Virus record (IMG/VR): IMGVR_UViG_3300035562_000025
Span: 1 to 35,058 of that record
DNA length: 35,058 nt
Source: a virus
Taxonomy: Duplodnaviria > Caudoviricetes
Reading direction: 5' to 3' (one strand)
In this document: one piece after another, positions 25,775 through 34,564 of the stretch
Layout: each line of letters opens with the position of its first letter
How positions within the stretch are numbered: the first letter of the stretch is position 1
Translations under genes and position numbers: made by a program
Notes under the pieces: model-generated
Told to the model about the DNA's origin: nothing
What the model saw: the letters and a program-made list of their open reading frames with translations, nothing else
The model's database searches: none

Positions 25775-26168
25775 GTTTCCCCCGGCGCTTGGCGTCAATG
25801 ATAAGAGCCTGCATTAATCGGGTGAGTTCGTCTGTTGTCAGCCAGTCCACACGCTCACGATTAAACATATGTTTAGCCATGCTGACGGCATAAGACCACG
25901 GACGCCCCGCTTCAGCCAGGAGGGCCTCAATTTTGCTTAAAAGCCCTTTACGGCTGCTGGCCACTGAGGGACGGCGACCATGACGCTTTGACGATATCGG
26001 GGTAAACCCGCTTTCTCGCATATGGGCGATCACGCGCTCCAGCTCTGCATCGGTACAGAGTGTTGAGCTGGTACGTCCGGCGATGCGATAGAGCACGGCA
26101 CGATAGGTTTCATCGTCCCAGCCCAGGGCTTTCTTACCGGTGTGGATCACTTTAATGAGATTCGCCAT
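25752..26168 (-). CDS. gemA: GemA / Mu gp16-like protein (DUF1018)
   Basis: LI..IH.GK..LG.DDETYR..L....G..SS, GF, KIEALL and W.YA..MA..MF motifs. Directly upstream of the activator, as in Mu. Confidence 0.85.
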   Translation of the reverse strand: MANLIKVIHTGKKALGWDDETYRAVLYRIAGRTSSTLCTDAELERVIAHMRESGFTPISSKRHGRRPSVASSRKGLLSKIEALLAEAGRPWSYAVSMAKHMFNRERVDWLTTDELTRLMQALIIDAKRRGKHENHSGS

Positions 26169-26433
26169 TATCACCCCCAACCGGTACAACCAGTGTCCAG
26201 ATAATATTATTCCCACGGCTGTTTGTTGATTTAAGTAGCCCGCGCAATGCCATACCGCGAAGGTGCTTGCGAAGCGTTGCAGTCGTTACATGCATGTTGG
26301 GATGCAACTTTCTGATCGCGTTGCGGATATTCCAGGTCGCCAGACTGTAACTCCCGTCCCAATCCTTCGATAATGGGTGGTTTGAAATGACGTTCAGCAA
26401 GGCGTTATCTGTTGGGACATAGAGAGCGATCAT
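26152..26433 (-). CDS. Hypothetical protein, possible winged helix
   Basis: GGGGGA RBS, tight packing, and a TTATLRKHLRGMALRGLL...W pattern. Confidence 0.65.
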   Translation of the reverse strand: MIALYVPTDNALLNVISNHPLSKDWDGSYSLATWNIRNAIRKLHPNMHVTTATLRKHLRGMALRGLLKSTNSRGNNIIWTLVVPVGGDNGESH

Positions 26434-26437
26434 TTGA

Positions 26438-26806
26438 TTATTCCCCCTTTAAGTTGGCGTGACCGGTCACAGCGTCGGTTAAATTCATCGATAGACAGTC
26501 ACGGGTAAACCAACAGGCCGCTTCGCCTTTGAAGTCACCGTTACAGCCACCGGGGAGGGTTTTACCGCATCGCTGGCAGCTCCCCAGCGTCTTCTCCTGA
26601 TGTGCAAGGCGCTGATCGTCACAGAGGATCAGCAAGCTTAAATACTCATTACGGCTGTACGCAGTGCGCCCAGGGTTACGGCGTTGGCGGTTTCTCTCCA
26701 GCATCTGGGTCTCTTGCTGGGTCAGTACCAGCTCATGCCGCAGTCCTCCACTGGCGGCCAGTTTTGCGCGTTGCTCTGCCTTGCGGTCAGTTGCTGATTT
26801 GGCCAT
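26438..26806 (-). CDS. Hypothetical protein with C-terminal Cys cluster
   Basis: GGAGGT before MAKS..DRK..QR, with C..C...C...CW near the C-terminus. Confidence 0.7.
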   Translation of the reverse strand: MAKSATDRKAEQRAKLAASGGLRHELVLTQQETQMLERNRQRRNPGRTAYSRNEYLSLLILCDDQRLAHQEKTLGSCQRCGKTLPGGCNGDFKGEAACWFTRDCLSMNLTDAVTGHANLKGE

Positions 26807-27542
26807 CATTACCTCCATTGCTTTCTTCCTGCGCCAGCATTGCGGCGCGACAGGCGTTCCAGCCTCCACGGAAAGAGTCTGCCCAGCCTTCACTAACAGC
26901 CTCCTCCTGCTCGTCTTCGATAATCATCTCTGGCACTGCCAATGTATTTAAGCACGTGATTTCACCTGTTTGAGGCTCAAGAACATATTGGGGGATCAGT
27001 TGTGTATAGGCCGCATGTGCGATTTTCACCTGGTGCAGGGCATCGGCCAGCGCATTATGCTTTTCACCATCAAACGGGATTGTTTTTACATTAATTCCCG
27101 ACAGTCGCACCAACGTGCGCAGATCGGCGATGTCCCAAAACTTCCAGGGATAGATGTCATCCCCCTTGGCGTCGACCTGTGGGTCTACGCGGTCAAACCA
27201 TCCCTCCAGGATGGTGATATCGAAGACCGAGCCATTGCCCCACGGGATACAACGGCCACCGCCCGCGTTTTTAAGGAAAGCCCGCAGTTCAACTGCAACG
27301 CTGACAGGAGGACGAGTACCGTTAAACGCGGCGTCTCGCGCTTCTGCGCTTTGCTTATCCCACCATTCCAGGGTGCTGATTTCCGGCAAGCCATAGGAAA
27401 GCGCTGCATCACAGCTCATACGCTCGTAGAAGGTCGCCCCCACAGTACCGGTCTGTAGATCAAACTGTACGGCGGCGATGGAGAGCACCGGGCATCCGCG
27501 TTTTTTACCCAGAGTCTCGATATCAATCATGATGTTGGTCAT
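26787..27542 (-). CDS. DEDDh 3'-5' exonuclease (phage exoribonuclease-like) with C-terminal extension
   Basis: MIDIETLG, WGNG..FD..IL, D.RT and HNALADA motifs. Confidence 0.88.
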   Translation of the reverse strand: MTNIMIDIETLGKKRGCPVLSIAAVQFDLQTGTVGATFYERMSCDAALSYGLPEISTLEWWDKQSAEARDAAFNGTRPPVSVAVELRAFLKNAGGGRCIPWGNGSVFDITILEGWFDRVDPQVDAKGDDIYPWKFWDIADLRTLVRLSGINVKTIPFDGEKHNALADALHQVKIAHAAYTQLIPQYVLEPQTGEITCLNTLAVPEMIIEDEQEEAVSEGWADSFRGGWNACRAAMLAQEESNGGNDGQISN

Positions 27543-27757
27543 TTGGCTAATCTCCATTTGGTTTTGTAGCGTTCGATAGCGGCCTTCATTTCTTGCTTCA
27601 CAGCCCCTTTGTGGATGGCATAACCACGAATGTCGTAGAACCTGAACCGGGCCTTACCTGGGTATTCTGGGACCTCCACTGCGGTGGAAAGATTGCTGAA
27701 GGTGTAAACGCGGGACCTCCCGTTATCGCGATATTCGCAACCCTTAACGTTCAGCAT
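27539..27757 (-). CDS. Hypothetical 72-aa protein
   Basis: Overlapping start and stop with both neighbours. Confidence 0.65.
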   Translation of the reverse strand: MLNVKGCEYRDNGRSRVYTFSNLSTAVEVPEYPGKARFRFYDIRGYAIHKGAVKQEMKAAIERYKTKWRLAK

Positions 27758-28469
27758 GCTGACCCCCGATCAATTTGGTTTCGTTGGTCGCACCATTAAC
27801 GGCATGATTCAGCTGCGCCTGACGCCCAGCAACAAAACCGGCGACGCTGGCCTCATTGCTGCGACTGCACTCGCGAGCCTCTCTGTAGGCGCTTGTTTTC
27901 ATCGCGCCAGAATCCATCTGCCGCTGCTTATAGGCAGCCATTAACGTGGTCTCGGACTCTGTCGGGGCCAGTTCAGCCACAATCTGATAGACGCCGTTAG
28001 CCCAACCTTCACAGAACAGGTCCGCCCGGGCGATTTTGGTCGCAGGCTTGGTGTTCTTGTGGATCTTGGCGATAAAGTCCTTACGGGCTGCGGTCATTTG
28101 CCTGGCCAGAACGTCGAAGGCATAAGCGGCAATCTGGGGGCGACTGTCAGGCCCGTAGAACGTCACGACCCGGCGGGGTGTCCCGTACTTGCCATAGCGC
28201 CAGTCAAACATGGCCTGAACACCGAAAGCGCGATTGATAACCTCGACCAGCCAGCCCAGATATTTAGGCGGGGTTTGTGCGTTACTGGGGGAGCCTTTGG
28301 TACTCGCTTCGCTAATATCGATGAATTCCGCTTCTGACTCACTGACGCCGTGCTGTTTCATCAGGTTCTGCGCCTGACGTAACGCGCTGGCGGCCTCATT
28401 GGCATTGGTCGCTTTACGCGCCAAATTAAGAAGTTTTTTAATTTTCGCTAAATACTTTTCTTTATTCAT
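27744..28469 (-). CDS. DUF2786-domain protein
   Basis: L.KIKKLL.LA....N..EA..AL..AQ.LM..H N-terminus, F.G....IA.YAF.VL.RQ and FCEGW motifs. Confidence 0.85.
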   Translation of the reverse strand: MNKEKYLAKIKKLLNLARKATNANEAASALRQAQNLMKQHGVSESEAEFIDISEASTKGSPSNAQTPPKYLGWLVEVINRAFGVQAMFDWRYGKYGTPRRVVTFYGPDSRPQIAAYAFDVLARQMTAARKDFIAKIHKNTKPATKIARADLFCEGWANGVYQIVAELAPTESETTLMAAYKQRQMDSGAMKTSAYREARECSRSNEASVAGFVAGRQAQLNHAVNGATNETKLIGGQHAER

Positions 28470-28839
28470 GGTCCCCTCCCAGACGACTAACCAGCTCCTG
28501 AGCTTGTTCTACTGTGGCCAGCTCAAAACAGGGAACGACTTTCCCGTCAGGTGTAATAACTTCCAGTTCATGCATATGTAACAATCCGCCCAGGGACCAG
28601 TTGCAGCCGTGGCCTTTCCCTTTCTCTACACCTGGGGAACCTTTCCCGGTATAACGGCCTACACAGTTGAACCCAATGATGGTCTTCACCGTCTCATAAC
28701 ATGCGCCGACGCCTTCACTGATAAGAAGGCGGGAAGACTGGACGGTGCCGCACATCGGACAAGTAAATGCAATATCTTCACGCATGACGTTCTGGGCTTT
28801 TGCCTGAGTGTGGAATTCACTTAAAGTTAATGTATTCAT
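28462..28839 (-). CDS. Putative Zn-binding phage protein (VVA0879-like)
   Basis: F.CP.CG.VQS, F.C.GR and GC.W.LGGL motifs. Confidence 0.75.
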   Translation of the reverse strand: MNTLTLSEFHTQAKAQNVMREDIAFTCPMCGTVQSSRLLISEGVGACYETVKTIIGFNCVGRYTGKGSPGVEKGKGHGCNWSLGGLLHMHELEVITPDGKVVPCFELATVEQAQELVSRLGGDHE

Positions 28840-28856
28840 ATTGCGTTTCCTGAAAT

Positions 28857-28890
28857 TTGGCGTAGCGCCGCCCCGGCGGGTTTACGCCAA
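28857..28890. other. Intergenic extended hairpin
   Basis: TTGGCGTA (28857-28864) and TACGCCAA (28883-28890) enclose CGCCG-CCC-CGGCG. Confidence 0.6.
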
Positions 28891-28919
28891 TATTTAAAAG
28901 AGATTTAAAACTTAATTAA

Positions 28920-29111
28920 TTAACCAGCTTTCTGAAGTGTTTCCACTTTAACGAAATACGGCTCCCGATTTATTTCCACTACGCAGCCACATTTAAAATC
29001 GCGGGCCACATCCACAGTCCTGACAACTGGACCACCACGCAGGGCAGGATGTGCCTGGTGGATGAAGGTCGCGCCGACAGGGTTAGCCTGGTTGAATGTT
29101 TCAGCGTCCAT
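28920..29111 (-). CDS. Hypothetical 63-aa protein
   Basis: GGGAG before MDAETFN...PVG..F, directly after the upstream stop. Confidence 0.65.
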   Translation of the reverse strand: MDAETFNQANPVGATFIHQAHPALRGGPVVRTVDVARDFKCGCVVEINREPYFVKVETLQKAG

Positions 29112-29115
29112 GTCG

Positions 29116-29760
29116 TTATACTCCCGCGATATCCAAAGAAATCGGGCGGTACTCGTCGGAGTCACCGACACGTTCATATACCCGAATATAGGATTTTGTG
29201 CCGACTACTTGTACGGCTTCGCCAATGGCGACCATCGCGTTCTGCCAGCGTTCGTCGTCGATTTCCAGACGGCGTAAGGCCAACACGCGCCCGGTCTTGA
29301 TATTACCCTCCGAGTCGGTGGAGAACGCTTCGCTGATCAACGCATGGATTTCAGGCCGAGCACCTTGCATCCAGTCGACCAGACACTCATCAATGAGGGC
29401 CTTTGCTGCCTGCAAGCGTTCATCGAATTTGATATTGTCCGCCATCGCCCGCTGAATTTTAAAACGCCCGTCATAGCTGAACAGGGTCACATTGCCTTTA
29501 GCACCGCCTTTTTTGGCGTTATATTTCTCAGCTGACAGGTCCACGAACGCCTGAATATCTGCAAAAGCTTTTAATTTAAAATCCGCTAATAGCGTATTAA
29601 TACTGATTGCACACTCGACCATTTCACCAACCAGACTGTCGCGCTCTTTGTCGATCTCTTTAACGATACTGTCCGGAGTCATAACGCCTTTGGCGTTAAC
29701 CCAATACCCTACGGGGGCTTGCTGCGTGGTGTATTGCTTGGTTGTATTCTCAGTGGACAT
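29116..29760 (-). CDS. DUF3164-family Mu-like early protein
   Basis: GYW..AKG, F..LSAEKY....GG.KGNVTL.SYDG, FDERLQAAK.LIDEC and K.YIR.YER motifs. Confidence 0.88.
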   Translation of the reverse strand: MSTENTTKQYTTQQAPVGYWVNAKGVMTPDSIVKEIDKERDSLVGEMVECAISINTLLADFKLKAFADIQAFVDLSAEKYNAKKGGAKGNVTLFSYDGRFKIQRAMADNIKFDERLQAAKALIDECLVDWMQGARPEIHALISEAFSTDSEGNIKTGRVLALRRLEIDDERWQNAMVAIGEAVQVVGTKSYIRVYERVGDSDEYRPISLDIAGV

Positions 29761-29968
29761 TGTTATTACTCCTGTTGATATCGATAGTTTTACAAACATC
29801 TATCCCGGTACTTTTATATCCGGGCCGTTTTTTTAATGCGTCAACGATGACGTTATAAATAAACTTGGCTTGCTCTGATTCTGCTGGAGTACATGGCCCC
29901 TCAGCACAAATATTCGTACTAACGCCAGTTTCATTTTCCTGAATAGTAACTTTTAAAATAATTGCCAT
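29750..29968 (-). CDS. Hypothetical 72-aa protein
   Basis: GAGGA RBS, packed within the early operon. Confidence 0.65.
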   Translation of the reverse strand: MAIILKVTIQENETGVSTNICAEGPCTPAESEQAKFIYNVIVDALKKRPGYKSTGIDVCKTIDINRSNNNVH

Positions 29969-29980
29969 TACATCCTCTCT

Positions 29981-30259
29981 TTAGTGCATTGATTCAGACC
30001 AGACGACCTTACAGCCGCCCGACGTAAACTGCCCTTGACGGTAACGCCCCTCACTGGAGCAACCAAATTCATGATAAACAGCCCGACCGTTGTGGATCTG
30101 CTGATGACAATAGCCGCAGGACTCGACCCGGATCACGGGTTTATTACTGGCCAGCGTGATGGACTTTACAGTCACACCTTGAATGCTGAGTGCCTTAATC
30201 ACATCGCTGGCACGTCCCATTAATTCGACCAGCACGTCATTTTTTAAGCCGTTAAACAT
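29981..30259 (-). CDS. Hypothetical early protein
   Basis: GAGGTG RBS and C-terminal GC.V.W.ES motif, first gene after B. Confidence 0.7.
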   Translation of the reverse strand: MFNGLKNDVLVELMGRASDVIKALSIQGVTVKSITLASNKPVIRVESCGYCHQQIHNGRAVYHEFGCSSEGRYRQGQFTSGGCKVVWSESMH

Positions 30260-30277
30260 AACTATCACCTCAAAAAA

Positions 30278-31165
30278 TTAGTTGATTAGCATTTCCGAGA
30301 ACTTACGCACCGCGCCAGCATCCACATGCTCACCGCTCAGTAGACTGTAGCGATTGACACCGCGCAGCAGCTTAAATAGGCGGCGAGCGTTACCCTTACA
30401 GGCAGAGAACAGCGCATCGCTGACCGCTGAATCCTTTGCATCCTCCAGGACGCTGGTTGCTATGGCGTCGATATCTTCACGCGGCAGAACGTCGCCCAGC
30501 GGCAGCGCAAAACCAACGCGGCTATAAAGCTGCTTATACTCACCGCGTTTACCTTTGAGGTTGATAATCAGACGGGGCATCCCCGCCAGTACAACGCCGA
30601 TCCCGGCTTTATCGTGGATGCGTCGAATGGTTTCGAGCGCACGGTGTGGGAGGTTCTCCGCCTCGTCAATCAGCAACAGACGCCCGGAGTCTTTCAACGC
30701 CACAATGATGGCTTCGCTCAGTTCGTGCATGTTGCCGCGCTTGTTCAGACCCAGACGGGCGCACAGTTCCTCAAGTACCACGCGGGCGGTATAGCCCGGG
30801 TCAGCCTCCAGCAACAGAGCGGTGCGGTTATCAGCGGCATACTGGCGCATCACCATGGTTTTCCCCATTCCGGCATCGCCATAAATAACGTTAATATCAC
30901 CGTCCAGGTGGGCCATGCGAATAACCTCAAGGCATTTGCTGGCGGTATAGGTGCGAATAAAGGAAACCGTTAATTTCTGGCTCTTTTCCTTTTCGGCTTC
31001 ACGGGTAATTAATGCAGCGATATCCAGTTCAAGGGTTTTAACGTCGCCGTTATATTTACCCTGTAAATACTGATTAAGCGTGGCAGGACTTTTACCCAAG
31101 GCGCGGGCTACCTGCGTCTGTGACCAGTTACGACGGGCCATTAATTCTGATAATTGAGCAATCAT
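30278..31165 (-). CDS. Transposition AAA+ ATPase (MuB-like)
   Basis: N-terminal HTH, Walker A GDAGMGKT, Walker B LLLIDEAE, QLYSRVG and GNARRL motifs. GAGGT RBS before MIAQ. Confidence 0.95.
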   Translation of the reverse strand: MIAQLSELMARRNWSQTQVARALGKSPATLNQYLQGKYNGDVKTLELDIAALITREAEKEKSQKLTVSFIRTYTASKCLEVIRMAHLDGDINVIYGDAGMGKTMVMRQYAADNRTALLLEADPGYTARVVLEELCARLGLNKRGNMHELSEAIIVALKDSGRLLLIDEAENLPHRALETIRRIHDKAGIGVVLAGMPRLIINLKGKRGEYKQLYSRVGFALPLGDVLPREDIDAIATSVLEDAKDSAVSDALFSACKGNARRLFKLLRGVNRYSLLSGEHVDAGAVRKFSEMLIN

Positions 31166-31175
31166 AGTTACCTCG

Positions 31176-33239
31176 TTATTCATGGTGTGTGCCGGTCTTC
31201 TTTAAATGCTGTTCCCGGTCGACTTCTAAAAACTGATATTCGCGTTCTGCCTGCTGTAATTCGCCCTGGAGAATTTGCCCGAAATTGAAGTCGGGCAACA
31301 CTGGCGCTTCCAGCGCTGGTCTGTTTTCGTCCCGGACTTTCTCTGCTTTCTTCTCCAGCAGGTCCAGACGGCGTTCGGTGCGGGCTTTCTCCTGACGTTC
31401 CATTTCTGTAACGGGAACGGCTGCGCGGGTATTGCCATTCCATAGCGCTTTACAAATAAATGCGCCGTCCATCTTGCGGATAATGACTTCTTCCGCGTTG
31501 CGGGTGTCATAGGCCACTCGTACCTCTTGACCATCAAAGTCAGCAAGGCCATGAGAAAAGTAACGGTTATTATTCAATCTCACCCAGCCGCGTTCGACGG
31601 TGCGAACTTCTTCCGGCATAAACATCTCGCGCAGCTCCACATCGGTCAGATACTCAACTTCGTCACCTTCAGTGGCCAGAACGGCTTCGCGGTAACGGGC
31701 CGGGGTCAGGTGTTTACCGTTGTACTTGGGCAGTTCGCTGTGCTCATGCCCCTGGTTGTAACGGTCGATTTCCTCCTGGATGATCTCCAGTACCACATCC
31801 CAATCTGGCACCATTTCCTGAGCCTTTTTCTGACGCGTATTAAGCTGTTTACCTTGGCTCTGCGCGTTCTCGGCTGACTCAACCGCCACCATCAGACGGC
31901 GCAGGTTGTCCCGGTCTGCGCCGCGACCGTTAAATGTGGGTACGCGCTGGGCGATAGCATAGGGAATAACACCGTTCAGTCGCTCAATGATGCCGCGAGC
32001 CTGCGGGTTTCCCGGGATACCTGTCATATGCTCGATCCCCATGCGGGGGAAAATACCGGTTGTTTCCGCGTCCAGCGTCTTGTTCTTCTGACCAGAACCA
32101 TTATCCGTATAAACAAACAACGGTTTACCGTAACGCTGTATTCCGTAGCGGTACGCCTCAGAGACACCGCGCACATTCTCGGAATAGGACAGGCTCCAGC
32201 CCACAACAAAACGTGAACGGCCATCAATAACCAGCGTCAACTCCGGAGTAAATGCTGTTTTGCTGATGGGGTGCTTCACTTTCATATCCAGTGACTTACC
32301 ATCGCAAATCCAGCAACCATTAACCGGCATAGTGGACCAGTCACGGCGGCTGTAAACTTCCAGCGCACGGGCTGCTGAGCCACTGACACGACCGCGCAGT
32401 CGTTCCCGTTTCGGGAGTTTCTTCATCACTCGACAAATAGCGTCGTAAGACGGAATTACCGCCAACATGGCGGGCTGGTCGTGAAACTCGCGTTTCCAGT
32501 CAGCCTCGAAATCGCGGTAACAAAAACTCATGGTCGGCCCGTTCGGATTGCGCCAGTACGCCAGGAAGCGCGGCAACCAGCTGACGTCTTCCGGCTTCTT
32601 CGCTTTATGGTGACCGGGTGCCAACATGGCCAGACGTTTGTCTGTGTCGTTAACCGTCAACAGATACACGGAATACCATTCCTGCAAACTGCTGCGGCTG
32701 ACGCCCAGGCGTTTACCTTTGCGGGCGTTCGCCAATTCAGCCATCTGCATCAGTGGCCCCGGCAGTGTTCCGGCGCGGGAACCGTCGACAATGTAATTGA
32801 CGGCGGCGATACGACTCAGCCCAGCCTGGTCATAGAGCTTTAACACCTCCAGCGCCAGCGCTGAGCGGGCGTCTGCCACAGCTTTTTGCTTGTCAGTCAA
32901 CTGGCTGACCTCTCGCTCCAGCAGGGCCGGGCACTGGTTCAGGATGTCGAGTTCTTCACGCGGCTTGATACCGGTCTTACGTTCTGCCGGGACAAGGTTC
33001 GTCACTGGTGCATCGATCGCCACCTCGACAACCTGTTGGTAATGGCGGGTCAGGACAGCCTCACGGGCTTCATGCGGCAAACAATCAACGTGATATTCGA
33101 AAGCCTTTGAACCTGCACGACGACGGCGCAGGTCAGGGTTTCCACCTGCACGTTTATTCAGATTGTTGCGGATATTGTGAAGCATGCTCGGAAAGCCGGG
33201 CAAATTTGAACATTCCTGAACGGTCAACCAGATAGACAT
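31176..33239 (-). CDS. DDE transposase (MuA-like)
   Basis: N-terminal Mu-type DNA-binding domain (LPG.P...EYH..CLP), catalytic WICDG, YTDNG and PQARG.IER, plus C-terminal beta-barrel (V.RG.V...N..Y, V.V.YD). Confidence 0.96.
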   Translation of the reverse strand: MSIWLTVQECSNLPGFPSMLHNIRNNLNKRAGGNPDLRRRRAGSKAFEYHVDCLPHEAREAVLTRHYQQVVEVAIDAPVTNLVPAERKTGIKPREELDILNQCPALLEREVSQLTDKQKAVADARSALALEVLKLYDQAGLSRIAAVNYIVDGSRAGTLPGPLMQMAELANARKGKRLGVSRSSLQEWYSVYLLTVNDTDKRLAMLAPGHHKAKKPEDVSWLPRFLAYWRNPNGPTMSFCYRDFEADWKREFHDQPAMLAVIPSYDAICRVMKKLPKRERLRGRVSGSAARALEVYSRRDWSTMPVNGCWICDGKSLDMKVKHPISKTAFTPELTLVIDGRSRFVVGWSLSYSENVRGVSEAYRYGIQRYGKPLFVYTDNGSGQKNKTLDAETTGIFPRMGIEHMTGIPGNPQARGIIERLNGVIPYAIAQRVPTFNGRGADRDNLRRLMVAVESAENAQSQGKQLNTRQKKAQEMVPDWDVVLEIIQEEIDRYNQGHEHSELPKYNGKHLTPARYREAVLATEGDEVEYLTDVELREMFMPEEVRTVERGWVRLNNNRYFSHGLADFDGQEVRVAYDTRNAEEVIIRKMDGAFICKALWNGNTRAAVPVTEMERQEKARTERRLDLLEKKAEKVRDENRPALEAPVLPDFNFGQILQGELQQAEREYQFLEVDREQHLKKTGTHHE

Positions 33240-33249
33240 TCCTTATCCC

Positions 33250-33513
33250 CTAAGCCGAAAGTCGGTTTTCAATGTAACGGCTCGGCCAGATAAGCTCTGG
33301 AGATACACCGATTTTTTGTGCGATTGCATCTTCATAACGACCGCACTTACGGTAAAAAACATTACGAATCGCATTTTTACCCACGCCCAGCTCGCTCTCT
33401 AAATCACTCAGGCTGACACCCTTGCGGTCTAGTGCTGCGATTATCGCTTTGCTTGACCAGTCTTCACCGGCGCAAACAAACAGATTCGCCATGTCTTGTC
33501 TTAGCAACGGCAT
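33250..33513 (-). CDS. ner: Ner-like transcriptional regulator
   Basis: DW....I.AAL..KG.SL..L and E..IA...GV.PE.IWPSRY signature. Divergent from the repressor. Confidence 0.9.
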   Translation of the reverse strand: MPLLRQDMANLFVCAGEDWSSKAIIAALDRKGVSLSDLESELGVGKNAIRNVFYRKCGRYEDAIAQKIGVSPELIWPSRYIENRLSA

Positions 33514-33573
33514 CGTTGATATCCTTCTTCGTTTATCTAAAACGATAATTAAATGTGATTATCGCTTACGTAC

Positions 33574-33602
33574 AATTTAATCGCATAAAAAACCGATGTC
33601 AA
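33574..33602 (-). promoter_or_regulatory. Early lytic promoter (Pe-like)
   Basis: TTGACA (33602-33597)-17 nt-TAAATT (33579-33574), pointing at ner. Confidence 0.75.
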
Positions 33603-33622
33603 TTATTTGTTCGGTTTTTTAT
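33585..33622. promoter_or_regulatory. Putative repressor operator (12-bp inverted repeat)
   Basis: ATAAAAAACCGA-14 nt-TCGGTTTTTTAT straddles the Pe -35 box. Further AAAACCG copies occur at the 5' end of the repressor gene. Confidence 0.65.
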
Positions 33623-33664
33623 TTGACCTGATGTTTTATCGTTGTTTTTGCAGGAATTATATAT

Positions 33665-34258
33665 ATGTCAGATAGTTACAAGGATAAAACCGATAACTCC
33701 ATCAAAAACCGTGATCGGTTTTTTGTTGGGAGTGGAATAAACCGTTTTGGGGAGCGCCTCAAGGCTGCAATGGAGAGTAAAGGGATTACATCAAATGTGA
33801 AAATGGGGTCCTTGAGTGACATGTCAGACACTGTCATACGTAACTACTTGATAGGGAAGACATATCCCACACTTGATCGTTTGGCCGTTTTGGCTTACGT
33901 ACTTGAATGCACCCCCGAGTGGCTTTTGACTGGACGAGACGTTAACTCGAACATTAAACATGATGACGAACAAATAACAGAGGCCAGTGCTGCGCCAAGC
34001 TACCCTACGGAATTTGAGGTGATTATTAAACGCCTTCCTCTTGCACAGCGTGAGGCGCTTTTAGATGCGATAATTCAGTATGGAGTTACAGGTATCATCA
34101 GCGCATTAAAAGGAATGGCATCAGTTGCTGAGTTCACATTACTGCCAGAGCAAGAAAAACAACAACTTATGAGGTTGCATAACGAGGTTAAAAAGGGGGC
34201 ACCTGAGGATAGTAAAAACAATGAGCTAAACCTGCCGGATCATAAGCAAGCTGGCTAA
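33665..34258 (+). CDS. Prophage repressor, XRE/Cro-CI HTH family
   Basis: F.ERLK.A, I.NYL.G.T.PTLD.L..LA....T.EWL.TG motif and AGGA RBS. Leftmost phage gene, divergent from ner. Confidence 0.9.
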   Translation: MSDSYKDKTDNSIKNRDRFFVGSGINRFGERLKAAMESKGITSNVKMGSLSDMSDTVIRNYLIGKTYPTLDRLAVLAYVLECTPEWLLTGRDVNSNIKHDDEQITEASAAPSYPTEFEVIIKRLPLAQREALLDAIIQYGVTGIISALKGMASVAEFTLLPEQEKQQLMRLHNEVKKGAPEDSKNNELNLPDHKQAG

Positions 34259-34411
34259 CCCCTGCTCGCTGTTCGGCATTGCTGAGTGGGGTTTATTAAA
34301 AATTCGTGGTTCTCATTACTCATTGAGATAAAGGGATAAAAGCAGTGTAGAACATGGTCTAATCATTTGCGTTTAAATGAAGTTTAAACGTGATTAATGC
34401 AGAGGTTATCC

Positions 34412-34560
34412 AGTCCAGAATTTACCGCATTAAAAAGTATTTTTGGTGATTTTGACGGATGCAGTCCAAAATCAGCCAATCCCTCAAAACCCGCGCCAGC
34501 CCTGGCGTCGTGTCGAAGTTTCGATTTTTCCCACTATCCAGAATTGATCACCTCCCCACA
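34412..34560 (-). repeat. Phage left end (attL-equivalent) with three spaced putative transposase-binding sites
   Basis: Minus-strand copies: TCAATTCTGGA within the terminal 24 bp, TGATTTTGGACT (34463-34474) and AAATTCTGGACT (34412-34423), all matching the repeats at 135-206. Confidence 0.85.
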
Positions 34561-34564
34561 AAGA
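34561..34564 (+). repeat. Target-site duplication AAGA, copy 2
   Basis: Follows ...CCCCACA, which ends at 34560. Confidence 0.8.

Larger units (their letters stand above)
127..34560 (-). mobile_element. Mu-like transposable prophage, apparently complete (34,434 bp)
   Basis: Mu-like gene order from repressor/ner/A/B to tail fibre. Termini are TGTAGCGCGG (127, +) and TGTGGGGAGG (34560, -). AAGA flanks both ends, and the host gene rejoins in frame when the element and one AAGA are removed. Confidence 0.96.

Noticed and set aside
34494-34507. CGCCAG-CC-CTGGCG inverted repeat near the left end as a possible pac signal
   Set aside because: The position is plausible by analogy with Mu, but a 6-bp dyad alone is not enough evidence.
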